The notes below the pieces were generated by a model. It searched no databases. It had not been told where the DNA came from and saw only the letters and a list, made by a program, of their open reading frames with translations. DNA of 64,000 nucleotides, from NCBI GenBank assembly GCA_946965045.2, contig OX337229.1, forward strand, positions 1,674,001-1,738,000, written 5' to 3'. The position numbers and the translations under genes are program-made. The stretch comes from Epithemia pelagica. Taxonomy: Eukaryota; Protista; Bacillariophyta. Numbering within the stretch: position 1 is the first letter of the stretch; every line of letters begins with the position of its first letter. Below are positions 24,458 through 35,111 of this stretch, one piece after another.

Positions 24458-25138
24458 TCATCCATGCCCAAGATTGGGGTAGAGGACACAGCGGATGCAC
24501 CTGGAGCTTACAGAAGCTGCCACCCAAACGACAAACAGGACCAAAAGAGCCGTTTCTGCCGAGAAGACATCAAACCAAAAGAGGGCTGTACATCCCGTCA
24601 AGGCCACAGGAACGAGACATTCCACCAGAGCCAATGATATCACGCCAATCAAAATCACAGCATGACTGGTGGGTCGCAGCTGTACCATGAGAGACAAAAA
24701 GAACGAGAAGCTTGCAATCGTCGTGAAGATGGGAGCCAACCATACAACTTGAATTTCAAGAGTATCATTGGGTGACTTGATCACCTCTTCCAGGTATTCC
24801 TGTAGTCTTCGGACGAGAAACTCTCCCACAATCAACAGAATGGAGATTCTATGAATGACACTGGTGGAAAGATGGGACGCGGCCAAAATCTCTGTGATCC
24901 TGATCCATGCACATCGACAGATCTCGACGAATGAACGCGTAGATGAGGTTCCAACCGGTGTCCTTGAAAGTGGCCACTCCATACGAAAACGGATCCGTTC
25001 CCTTGGTGTAGTAACGGCCGACGTTGAAGTTGAAGGGTTCAAGCCAAACACGGCGCTCCCATCCGTGTCGCCAAGAGCTCCGACACCGGCATGAAGCCGT
25101 GCTTGAAAAGATTCGTAATCATCAAGCATCTCAATCAC
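24458..25138 (-). CDS. Hypothetical multi-pass membrane protein
   Basis: 226-aa ORF with several hydrophobic segments in the C-terminal half. Confidence 0.55.
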   Translation of the reverse strand: MIEMLDDYESFQARLHAGVGALGDTDGSAVFGLNPSTSTSAVTTPRERIRFRMEWPLSRTPVGTSSTRSFVEICRCAWIRITEILAASHLSTSVIHRISILLIVGEFLVRRLQEYLEEVIKSPNDTLEIQVVWLAPIFTTIASFSFFLSLMVQLRPTSHAVILIGVISLALVECLVPVALTGCTALFWFDVFSAETALLVLFVVWVAASVSSRCIRCVLYPNLGHG

Positions 25139-25618
25139 TTGAGCAAGCGATTATCCATGAGACTCAGTGATTCTTGAACCCCAAACTCTTGAGGCGAGAA
25201 GGAGCACCCTTTGCTGCATGTACACAAGTACACACCAAACAGGTTCTCGGATCTCGGATGGAGATGTGCGCCTTGATGTTTGCCGACGGCTAAAACCCGG
25301 AGCCGCAGAAAAAAGATGGGGTCATAAGAAAGAGATTGATTATCACACGGTAACCTCTGGGACACCCGTGATTTTGGTTCCCACTAGAGAATTTTACCTA
25401 TTCCGGCAACTGGGTAGCTAGGGCTGATCGCTGTTTTAGCTAGCTAGCTTTATTTTCTGTACTCTTATTATAGTAATGTAACGACACGTGCTTAAATCAA
25501 ATAATTAAGTTAACAATTTGTTTTTCGATGTCGCAACTGAGTCGTGGATTGGGATAATCGCTAAATGTTTCGAGTTTGTGTCATGTCTTGTTTCGGGTTG
25601 GTCCCGTATTTAACGGCT

Positions 25619-25734
25619 GGTTTCGACTTTGTTTCGACTTTGTTTCGACTTTGTTTCGACCTTGTGTCGACTTTGTTTCGGCTTGTTTCGGTTGGTATCG
25701 ACTTTGTTTCGACTTTGTTTCGGTTTGTTTCGAC
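25619..25734 (+). repeat. Tandem array of the 11-bp unit TTTGTTTCGAC (left)
   Basis: About 10 partly degenerate units are visible directly; further degenerate units extend to about 25566. Confidence 0.92.
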
Positions 25735-25874
25735 CCATGATGGCGAACACAATAATCAACCATGGTCGCTCAATGTCGCTAATGGTGGCACGATGAGCGA
25801 CTCGAGCGAGTGAGAGGGGAGATTCTTGTTCACTGCAGGGACAGTCATAAAACAAAGCAACAGACAAGACAAAT

Positions 25875-26333
25875 ATGGTGGAGAAGAAATCGTCCAATCT
25901 TCCACCCATCAATGAAAGAAAGGGGGCAAGGATCAAGATTGTGCTGGGAGACTACAAGGGATTGCGAGCATGGGTGGACACGGCGAAGGAATGCACTCGC
26001 CTCTACACGTATGTGATCATCCAAGTGAAAACAAGTCCTACGGTTCTGAAGGCAACAAGGATTCTACACACAAGTTTTGTGATGGAGGCTGATGTCCAGC
26101 TCCCATCAAACAAGGAGGAGGCAATGCTTTTTGAGAATACAGACATTATGGAGATGTTCATGGTGCTCACAAGGAAAATGGCTGAGTTCGAGGAGATCTC
26201 AGGATCAGGAGAAGGAGGAAAACGAGTTGCAACTCTGTTCTTGTCATACCTCAATAGAGCCATTGCTGCACAGAATGCCTTACCCAATGAAAAGGCCCGC
26301 TGGCGTCGCATCAAGTTCAAGGGACAGCATTAG
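25875..26333 (+). CDS. Cassette ORF A, 152 aa, with a KOW-like N-terminus
   Basis: KGARIKIVLGDYKGLRAW resembles a KOW motif; the rest is unknown. Confidence 0.6.
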   Translation: MVEKKSSNLPPINERKGARIKIVLGDYKGLRAWVDTAKECTRLYTYVIIQVKTSPTVLKATRILHTSFVMEADVQLPSNKEEAMLFENTDIMEMFMVLTRKMAEFEEISGSGEGGKRVATLFLSYLNRAIAAQNALPNEKARWRRIKFKGQH

Positions 26334-26417
26334 CATACATGAATAACTAATAGGAGTAGTGCATTTCAAACAAAGAATTCGCTTTTACTATGTAGTCAAT
26401 TACTAGGGGCGTTCTGG

Positions 26418-27860
26418 TTAGTCTTCAAACATGCTCTTGGCCTCGGCCTCCTTCTTCTTCTCAGATTGCTTACCACCAATCTTTTTGCCTCCCTTGAGAG
26501 CAATGCGCCAAAACAGGGTCATGGCCAGGATTTCTTTGCCGAAGAGGTTTTCTGGGTGGTCCTTCTTTAGCTTGAGAGGGTTCTTGGTGACTGGCACGAT
26601 GTTATCGTCCAACGAGAAAATCTTGTTCTCAAGCTGAACGCCGGGTGGGAAAACCATGATCCAGTAGGCACTAGCACGCCAGTGTTCTTTGGACTCTTCA
26701 ATCGCAACCTCAGTCGCACTGTGTGCGTTGAAAGTTGCGTCACACTTGATCTTAGACTCCCTGCCAATCCCCGTATGGTAGCGCTCCGTATCACGAATCC
26801 AAAAATCTTGAGCGGGGCCCCTGAAACGGATGAGTCGTCCTCTCCACATCTCGTCGTAGTCGTCCGTTGGGATGTCCGCTTCCCAGTCGTTCATATCCGG
26901 GCAGGCAACGGGCCGGCGGATGTGAAAACCGCTGCGAGTGAAAAATCCGTCTTGGTTGATATTTTCGACGAACTGGACATCGAACTCGCGGTGTCGCTCG
27001 GCCATCTTGTCTAGACAGATCGGAATCACCCATGGATTCTTGACTGTACCATTCTGGTTCACAAACCAGGCAGTGGGTACAAAGGCATGTGCCACGTTGG
27101 TACGGGCGGCCTGGGCAACAAGAGGAGAAAGGCGTCCGAAGCGATGCTGTTGTTGGCCAGGGTTAAAGCCACCAGCATGCGCAACAGGACGGGGTGGAGT
27201 GTGAAACATCCTCACAGCTTCTTGGTTTTGGGCCGCTGGGAGAGATGGGACGCTGGCCCTTGCAGCAGGCTTCCTGTCGTCGGCAAGAGAAACCTGGCCA
27301 AAGTCTGCTTCAAGCTGGTCCACGTTGTCATTTGCAAAGGGATTTCCAATCCCAACCATCGCATATGGGTCTTCTTCTTCTTCGTCGGGAACGATGATCT
27401 CTTCATCAGAGGTGGACGGTGCGGTCGACGCGTTGTCGGAGAAGGCTGGTTTGTCGGGGTAGGCTGGTTTCTTGTTCATCTCTTCGAGGCTTTTGGGACC
27501 GGGTGTCACACCAATCTTTTTCAAGTATGCAATGTAGGCCCTGATTGAGCGGCCCTTGCACTTTGCCCAACGTTGCTGCACTTGCCTGCGAAGCACGGTT
27601 CCTTCGGCTCCAAATGTGGTCGGGTTGGCTGAACACAGTGCCCAGAGGTCGAATGATTCCCTTGTCTCCCCGGACAGTTCAAAGGCTTCAAGGAGGGTCT
27701 TGGTTTTCTCAGCACTCAATCCACCTGGCGCCGGCTTCTTTCGTTGCAAGGTTCCAATCGACGGTTGTTCTTGCTGATCTTGGGCCTCACTGTTGACAGA
27801 GTCAACAACCCAATCTTCCTCTTCGTTGATTTGCGAAAGTTCGTCTTGTGAGATCTCCAT
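26418..27860 (-). CDS. Cassette ORF B, about 480 aa, unknown function
   Basis: Long stop-free ORF from ATG 27860: helical N-terminal domain, acidic/Pro linker and a beta-rich-looking C-terminal domain. Confidence 0.75.
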   Translation of the reverse strand: MEISQDELSQINEEEDWVVDSVNSEAQDQQEQPSIGTLQRKKPAPGGLSAEKTKTLLEAFELSGETRESFDLWALCSANPTTFGAEGTVLRRQVQQRWAKCKGRSIRAYIAYLKKIGVTPGPKSLEEMNKKPAYPDKPAFSDNASTAPSTSDEEIIVPDEEEEDPYAMVGIGNPFANDNVDQLEADFGQVSLADDRKPAARASVPSLPAAQNQEAVRMFHTPPRPVAHAGGFNPGQQQHRFGRLSPLVAQAARTNVAHAFVPTAWFVNQNGTVKNPWVIPICLDKMAERHREFDVQFVENINQDGFFTRSGFHIRRPVACPDMNDWEADIPTDDYDEMWRGRLIRFRGPAQDFWIRDTERYHTGIGRESKIKCDATFNAHSATEVAIEESKEHWRASAYWIMVFPPGVQLENKIFSLDDNIVPVTKNPLKLKKDHPENLFGKEILAMTLFWRIALKGGKKIGGKQSEKKKEAEAKSMFED

Positions 27861-28284
27861 GTTTGTTTGTCGAATGGGCAAACGGAGAGAAAACAATCTC
27901 CTGGTGGGATCGAGCGAGTGAGTCGTCTACCTACCGAGATTGCCAATCCTGGTTTGGCATCTACATCAATGGATAACAAATAAACATTGTTTGATTGTCA
28001 TGTGCATATGTAATAGGATGTCTATTTAGGCGCAGCCTTCTATGCTTGTGCTCACGAGTTGAGAACTCGTGAATCTGCAGGCGCATCATGTGTCTCTCCT
28101 ACTTCCCACGGGTCCTAATCATGGGGGTCCCCCGCCGTGTGAGACAGGCGTGGAGTTATTGAACACTTTTGTGACAGAAGACAGAAACCTACCTACTAGT
28201 GAGTGACCTTCCCGAGTGCCAATAGAGTTCTTGTCCCCAAGAATCCATCATTGCATTCGTCACCACATTTTCAACAATCAAAGA

Positions 28285-29208
28285 ATGTTTCTTCAACCGT
28301 CGGAAGTCCTCGAAAGGGGCCTACGGCTTCTTCATGTGGATGATGCGGGCAAATTGACATTGGAACGACGACGACTCAAGTTTACGAAGCACTACGGGTC
28401 TCACCCGTTGGTGATTGCTGCGCAATGGTTCGACCTATGCCACGCAACAGACGACAATGGCGAGGAACTACTATCTACGAATGAAATCAAAAGAGGAGGA
28501 TTCAAGATGTTCATGGTTGCACACTTTTTCCTCTACAACTACACGAGAAATAGTGAGCAGCTCAGTGATCGCTTTGACATGTGTGAGTGCTATGCGAGAG
28601 GAGAGCATTTGTGGGGGTGGATTCGAAAAATTGCGTTTCTCCAGAAGAAGGTAATTTTCTGGCCGAGAATTCTTGACAGTCCCGAGTCTGAGGTTAATGT
28701 GTTGTCCGTGGATGGTGTCGACAAAAAAGTTTTCGAGCGCAAGCACAAGACTCAAATGCTTCCGTTCGATCGTGGGAACTGCTCTCACAAGCATGCGCAC
28801 GGTGCTCTGAAATATCAAATTGTTTTGGCGGCACATCGACCGAGGTGTGTTCACATATATGGCCCCGTGCGTGGGGGAATGGGGGACTTGGAGATGCTCG
28901 AACGGTCCGGCGTGTTGGAACGACTCAAGCCAGGCAAATTGATTGTGGCTGATCGTGGGTACATTAAGAAGGAGTACAGTGGGAAAATATCCTGGCCTAA
29001 TCCCCATGAAGATTCCAAACAAGCCAATAACCTCAAGAGCCGGATCCGTCTTCGGCATGAAAGTTTCAATGGAAAAATGGCTACTTTTGGATGCCTCAAC
29101 CAGACATGGAGGCATTCGGACGAGAAACACGGCATAGCATTTCGTGCAGTCGCTGTGACAGTTCAGTATGCACTTGACAATGGCACAAGTCTCCTATTTG
29201 AGCCGTAG
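28285..29208 (+). CDS. Harbinger/IS5-family DDE transposase (DDE_Tnp_4-like)
   Basis: Motifs LSVDGVD (D1), SHKH...KYQI, IVADRGY (D2), RLRHESFNG (E), WRH..KH..AF.AVAV. Confidence 0.85.
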   Translation: MFLQPSEVLERGLRLLHVDDAGKLTLERRRLKFTKHYGSHPLVIAAQWFDLCHATDDNGEELLSTNEIKRGGFKMFMVAHFFLYNYTRNSEQLSDRFDMCECYARGEHLWGWIRKIAFLQKKVIFWPRILDSPESEVNVLSVDGVDKKVFERKHKTQMLPFDRGNCSHKHAHGALKYQIVLAAHRPRCVHIYGPVRGGMGDLEMLERSGVLERLKPGKLIVADRGYIKKEYSGKISWPNPHEDSKQANNLKSRIRLRHESFNGKMATFGCLNQTWRHSDEKHGIAFRAVAVTVQYALDNGTSLLFEP

Positions 29209-29256
29209 ATTCATCCATAAATTCAATGTAGTTGAGATTTGGTTTTCTACTATGTT

Positions 29257-29853
29257 TTACTTGTAGGCTAGGATGTGGTTTGCAAGTTCTCGGCGTCGCA
29301 TCAATTCGTCCATTGGAGAGACAGCAGGTAGATTGAGCTTCTGTTTGGCTTCCTCTTCCTTGAGCCGCAAGTAGTTGAAGTAGCGCACTCGTCTCACTTC
29401 TTGGTAGATTCGAAACTTGAAGATTTTTAGCTTGAATGCCATATAGGCGGGACGCGTCTTCCTCAGTGCCATGGGCGTCAATTTCAAGTGAACGCCATTG
29501 GCCACGTCCATCCGGAGAAGCTTCTTTGCTGGATGGACGTCGAAGACCAGCTCTCCACGGCAGTTCCGGTCCTTTCTTGGATGGACGTGACGGTCAACAT
29601 GGTGCGCCTTGTGGTCACGGTCCACCAATTCCTGCGCGTTGTTTGATTGCTTGCGGTGGTCCTTCAGTCGTTCCTTGAATTGATCGAAAGGAACATTCGC
29701 AAACTCGGGAAGCTTCTTGTAGAACACAAACAAGTGGTCAGCCGGAACTGCATCCATGCTGTGAAGGAGACCGCCTGGCTCAAGATCTCGAATAAGGACG
29801 GCTCGTGCTGCACTGCGACGCCAGTCAATCCACTCAGACCTTCGTGGCGGCAT
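29257..29853 (-). CDS. Cassette ORF D, 198 aa basic protein with an internally duplicated helical module
   Basis: Two similar segments A..LL..D...G...P..F/Y...F..FK.R; Lys/Arg-rich. Confidence 0.7.
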   Translation of the reverse strand: MPPRRSEWIDWRRSAARAVLIRDLEPGGLLHSMDAVPADHLFVFYKKLPEFANVPFDQFKERLKDHRKQSNNAQELVDRDHKAHHVDRHVHPRKDRNCRGELVFDVHPAKKLLRMDVANGVHLKLTPMALRKTRPAYMAFKLKIFKFRIYQEVRRVRYFNYLRLKEEEAKQKLNLPAVSPMDELMRRRELANHILAYK

Positions 29854-29856
29854 GGC

Positions 29857-30026
29857 TTGGTTTCGACTTTGTTTCGAGTTTGTTTTGGTTTGTTTCGGCT
29901 TTGTTTCGACTTTGTTTCGGTTGGTTTCGGGTTGTTTCGACTTTGTTGCGACCTTGTTTCGACTTTGTTTCGACTTTGTTTCGACTTTGTTTCGACGTTG
30001 TGTCGTGGTTTCGACATTGTTTCGAG
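29857..30026 (+). repeat. Tandem array of the 11-bp unit TTTGTTTCGAC (right)
   Basis: About 15 partly degenerate units on the same strand as the left array, abutting the ATG of ORF D. Confidence 0.92.
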
Positions 30027-30373
30027 CCAGCAGGTCAAGGCTTTTTTTGGCGAAACCCTATATTAACGGTCATAATAAATGTTGGTCTTGAAGCAAGATC
30101 AAGTCTCATAAATACTTGTAATCAACGGAAATCGAATTCTTAAGTACAATTCTCATTGTATTGTAGGTAGTCGCTGAAATCACACTGTACTGAATAGGAA
30201 GACTACTATGAAAGCGGAAAAGTCCATACCGCTACCAAAGTAGCGGGTGTCCCTGGGGTTTGATCGGGATCGACACGTAAGTGTGCCGATCACAAAAATC
30301 TAAGTCACACTCATCCGTTAATCCCATATCCCATCACCAACCACCAACCAGTCCAACGAGTCATTGCATCAGC

Positions 30374-31159
30374 ATGAACAAGTCTAGAATTGTCCTCGTC
30401 ATAGCCTTGGCCTTATCTATGCATGGCGCATGTTTGGGGTTGATAACACATGCTCCAAAAAAGATATGCAAGGACAGCTCAGCTTTAGTTTCGACTGGAT
30501 ATCCACACATTGGATCTAACCAACAATCTTCGAGGAAGGGATTTTTGACAGTGCTCACAACATCATGTGCAGCGTTGCTTCCGGCGGGAATCCCTGGTGC
30601 TTCCTTGGCTGTCGAGAATTCGGCCGAAGAAAGCCCGACTGAAGCCGTTGCTCGAGAGACTCGCAATGTGGAGGCCTGCCCCAAGACAACCGAAGGATCC
30701 AACAATTGCGTTTCAACAGCATCTGTCCGCCAACTGGATCTGTATATGCCACCCTGGACCTATCCCAAAGACATGCCCAAGAAAGAAGTGATTGCACGGA
30801 TCAAAGGTGCAGTGAGCACCAATATCCGTCTGGATGTTGTGGAGGAATCCGAAGACTCTCTCAAGGTGCAAGCCATTCGTAATTTTTGCAAGGACGAAAT
30901 TCTGTTTCTTGTAAATGAGAACGATCATGTTGTCACTTTCGTTTCCAAGCAAGTGGATGGACCGGACTCACCGGATTTCGGGGAGAATCGCAAGCGACTA
31001 GAAGATATCCGACGGAGAGTTGGTGTCTTTGGGGTTATGGGAGAGGATTTTTCAGACATGCAAGGCCAGAAAGAGGGTGCACTTGGACAGCTCAAAGCAT
31101 TTTATGGATTGAGAAGTGGTCGAGGCTTCGAAGATGTTCTTTTGGATGAAGATGACTAA
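30374..31159 (+). CDS. DUF1499-like protein with a signal/transit peptide
   Basis: Hydrophobic leader; CP....NNCVS, PWTY, FCKDEILF, PDFGENRKRLEDIRR. Confidence 0.78.
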   Translation: MNKSRIVLVIALALSMHGACLGLITHAPKKICKDSSALVSTGYPHIGSNQQSSRKGFLTVLTTSCAALLPAGIPGASLAVENSAEESPTEAVARETRNVEACPKTTEGSNNCVSTASVRQLDLYMPPWTYPKDMPKKEVIARIKGAVSTNIRLDVVEESEDSLKVQAIRNFCKDEILFLVNENDHVVTFVSKQVDGPDSPDFGENRKRLEDIRRRVGVFGVMGEDFSDMQGQKEGALGQLKAFYGLRSGRGFEDVLLDEDD

Positions 31160-31316
31160 TCATTGTATACGTTGGAGGCTCCTGACCTGCTCCCTGCGCC
31201 TACATCCCTCTAGCTAGTATCCATAGCTACTGCTCATTCTTAGCGGGAGTGACTTTGACGAAGATCTTTAGGTCGCATTACTCCCTCCAAGACTCCCGCT
31301 AAGGATTAAGAATGAG

Positions 31317-31556
31317 ATGCTTATTCGTCTGAGACGGGACGGGTGGGCCGTAAGGCTTGGGGTCTGGGGTGGGATTTTCCAGAAAGACCAGCTGTACCGA
31401 AAACGGACGGACACTAGAGTAAAAAGTACAATTGAGCAAACATGGCGGTTGATGAAACAGTTAAATATATATGGCAATGATATAGCAATGAATATTTTAA
31501 TAGTCAGTCACGGTATGATTTGCAGGTGCACCTCCAACCGCGTAATTTGCGAGTAA
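31317..31556 (+). pseudogene. Possible histidine-phosphatase (PGAM/AT74-like) fragment
   Basis: DTRVKSTIEQTWR...NILIVSHGMICR resembles the 'DRV..FLESLWR...NLVIVSHGLTSR' region; no N-terminal RHG motif seen. Confidence 0.3.
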
Positions 31557-31734
31557 GGTCTCACCCTTGACGTATCCATCATATTAATGTACGACTCCCA
31601 ACCATCGATCTATGACCACTACAAGCGTTTTTTGTGTTGAAGCCTGTAATTTGACGTTGAATGACGTTACGAGCTCCCCGCTCCAGCAGTCTCTCCAAAA
31701 TCGCTAAGTGCTCATCCCCACGAAATACACCATG

Positions 31735-34160
31735 ACGAACAGTCGGCCGCCGCAACAGCAAACAAGGAAAAGGGGAAGTAGTACCAAAGGGGAACTGGAC
31801 ATGGTACGGAAACGATCGAGGGAAGAGGAAGAGGAAAAGCTCCCCTGGACCACCTTGGCTGATGCGCTGGAGGAAATTGTCAAGGCGTTTACATCTAAGG
31901 GTGTAGAGGTTATGACAGCGGCGAAAGATGCAGTTGTGACCGAACTCGAAAAAATGGCTGGAGACAAGGCCGACAAATGAAAGAAAATCGAAACACAACA
32001 GATCCACTCGAACGGAACTTCTCCCAAAATTCGGGGGAGGAAACTCAAACTGTGGTAGTCCTCGAATACTTAACCAAACGAGGAGGACGAGTAGTAGCAC
32101 CGCCGCAATTCACCAAGATGACAACACGAGAAGGACACGAAACGAGTGGCCAAGCAGAATCCGTCCAAGAAATGTCTTCGTTCGTTTGGAACCACTGGTA
32201 AAAGAAACCAGAAAACAAGCAAATTTCGATGCGCCTCCCAAGGAACGAACGGACTTGGACCAGAAACCGACGGCTCGAGATGAATTGAACTTTGATAAAA
32301 CGGATGACAATGAGGATGAATCGTCTTTGGTCGTCCGTTGCCTCGTCCCAAGGATCCTCGCAATCGTCCACAGTCTTGTCATTATCAACATCAACAGTAT
32401 TGTCGGTGGGGCAACGCAAAAACGGAGTAGGGAATTCCTCTGGTACATAAGAGGAAAGCTCCTCTCGATCCAGCAGCCGAGGCCATCGCAAACCAACCGC
32501 CACCACGAGCCCCGCCAAACCGACTGTGGATGCTTTTCGCTAGTCACACGACAATACCCACTCCGCCATGATACTCCAAGCCAAAACCTTGACAACCTCG
32601 GATGAATCCGACTATTGAGGCTCAACTGTTGGCGTCCAAAAAGGGCTTTCGTTCACGACTCTTTTTGGCATCCACCGCCCACAACAACAACAAGGACGCC
32701 GACCGACACCACGAAACAGGACGACCATAAAAGTCCATTGTCTAGGGACGAAACATCTCTCTTGTTGTCGTCAGTTTCCATGAAGAAGAAGAAGATGGCA
32801 TTACAATTCCATCACAACAGTAAGGATCCTGACACGGCCGACGATCAAACCACTACCAACGATTCAGTTTCGGCCAGACACACTCGACAACAACAACAGC
32901 AACGGCCTCTGGAACAGTCGGATCTGAGCAATGGCTTCTTGTCGATGTCATTGTCATCACGACCACCGCAACCGATAGGGGCAGTTTGGCAATGCCAACC
33001 AGTTCCCAAAGCCCACGTCGTTGTCGAAAAGGGCCACAAGAGGAACAGCAAGAATCCGAACGCCCCAAAAAACCCAACACGATTGCAGCACGACTTCTAC
33101 AAGTGCCTCCTTGACCTTGTCGTCCTCACCTCACAATGTCGCTCCAATGGGGCGTGGCACCCTTTGTACTGGGACGCACCAAAAGTGCTCGACTCAAACT
33201 GCGACGACAACAAAAAGAACAGCTGCAGCAGCGGAAACCAAACAAAGAAGGTCCACAGCACCAGGACGATGATGGCGTTCCCCAACAGTCGCGGAGAAAG
33301 GCAGGGTTGTGGACTGCCTCGTGTGACGATAACCAAAGTTGGACCGTGAATGCTACAATCAATGAATCGAGCAGCAGCAGTTCCGTTCCATCCTATTCGT
33401 CCCTTTCCTAGACCTCCTCGTACACGACATCTCATAGAACACGAATGACACGACGGCGCTGTGTCAATGCCCCCACCACACTCCACGACGACAACGAGCC
33501 GGTTGCGATCAAAACATGCAGGACCCGTGGAGGAACCACTGGCCGACAACAACGAGAGCATGACCGAGTCGCCCACAGCGCCAGCACCAACCCATAGTAA
33601 AAGACTGTCAACGAATTCCACCAATGGTGGAGTGGGGGTCAATGTCTACGCAAGACGATAGTCAACTACAACTCTTGGCGGACGAAGTATGCTTTTTGTG
33701 TGAGGGATTCTGGGAAAATATTGAATCAGGATTCATCCTAGAATTGGCCGGGCTCTTGAGTCTGGAACGCAACCGGAAACTGTTGTGTAAGTCCAACCAT
33801 GTGGAGGCGTCTGCTGGTGCTGCTGCCACCGATGGACCGGTGCTTCAAGCTATTTTGGATTTGATGGGGAAATTGCCTGTAACTCTCCTTCGCCAACGAC
33901 AGCAACAAGAACCCTCCCTTCTCACCAATACGCCGGAGGATGCCTGGCTTCCCCTGTCTTGTGAAACGACACCAGATGGAGTACCGAATCGAAATGACTA
34001 CGAATGCAACAATCATACGAGGCAAATCGGAAACAAGCGGCGACAACAACAACAACACCATACTCAACAATCCACTCCTTGTTTCGGCCGAACGAAACAA
34101 CATCAACACCAAAACCACACTCAACAATTGACACCAGACGCAAGCTATCCAAAAGAGTAG
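31735..34160 (+). pseudogene. Chain of short low-complexity ORFs in shifting frames; possibly a decayed gene or element
   Basis: Successive plus-strand ORFs (31708, 31977, 32186, 32615, 33461, 33624) nearly abut; strong A/C bias; no recognisable domain. Confidence 0.3.
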
Positions 34161-35111
34161 CATACCAGCGACAACAGCACCCAAAGCAACAATCCACTCC
34201 TAGTTTCGGCCGAACGACAACAACACCCAACGCAACCCAAACGCAACAATCAAAAGCTGACAACAAGAGATGAGGATGGAGGAAAGGCAGATCCATGGAC
34301 CAACCAACGCAGCAATCAACCTCTTTGACGAGCAGCGACAACCACAACTAGCAACGACAAGGAGGAGCAGCAAGACCAAGAGAAATGACTATACGAGTAC
34401 GACACGATGCACAAACAAGCTACTAGTCTAGACTTCCTACTGTGAAAGCGAGCAGCGCACATGGAAACCAACCCCCCACAACGATAACCTCAACCGACGA
34501 CCCTCCCAAAGCAGCAGTAATATGAACGAAAGCAAAATGGAGAAGGAAAGCAACAATCAACTACGGTCAACTAGACAGAATAAGATGAGAAAGACATGCA
34601 ACAATCAAACCAGTTCCCTTTCTGATTCCACTTTCCCGTCTGGTTCAAAATTCTCCCTCTCTCGCACGCATGTGGCCATAAGTACCATGAACATCAGCAA
34701 ACCAGTCCTAGTCTGGGTGTATATCTTGGGTAATTTTTGGATCCGAGTGGCGAAAAAGGGAAACTATCATCACACTCATCATGTTCGTCCAGTTCCTGTT
34801 CCATCCTCGTTGTCAGTTTTTGAACAGCAACACGGGTTTATGAAATGAAGCTTTCTTACTTAAAAAAACCGTTGGAAGCAGACAAATGCAGACATTTCAT
34901 GTTCATTTCAGGCCCGCCAAGCATCCACCAGAAACACGTCTCTTTAATTCACTCGTACTCCTTAATAATAGACCTATGGCCGCTACCCATCATGTAGAGA
35001 AAACTACTGCTCCTGAATACGGATACTGAACTCAGCCGTCCTATACCGCCTTGGCGGTTTCAATCTCTCGAAGATCCAAGATCTCATAAGATAGACCCTT
35101 GTGATAAGAAA

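Larger units (their letters stand above)
25619..30026. mobile_element. Putative four-ORF Harbinger/IS5-type transposon cassette; ends not defined
   Basis: DDE_Tnp_4-type ORF plus three unknown ORFs, intronless as far as seen, between two arrays of the same 11-bp repeat. No convincing TIR or TSD found. Confidence 0.6.

Noticed and set aside
25619-30026. CRISPR-like array from the 11-bp repeats
   Set aside because: The units are contiguous with no unique spacers, no cas genes are present, and the context is eukaryotic.
25419-30060. TA-GGGCTGATCGC / GCGAAACCC-TA as TIRs of the Harbinger cassette
   Set aside because: Only GGG plus a gapped TCGC match, and there is no identical 3-bp TWA TSD; too weak.
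25565-30143. ORFs rich in 'ETKSKQSRNKV' or 'FDFVSTLFRL' (25561-25936, 29647-30143)
   Set aside because: These are translations of the 11-bp arrays, not genes.
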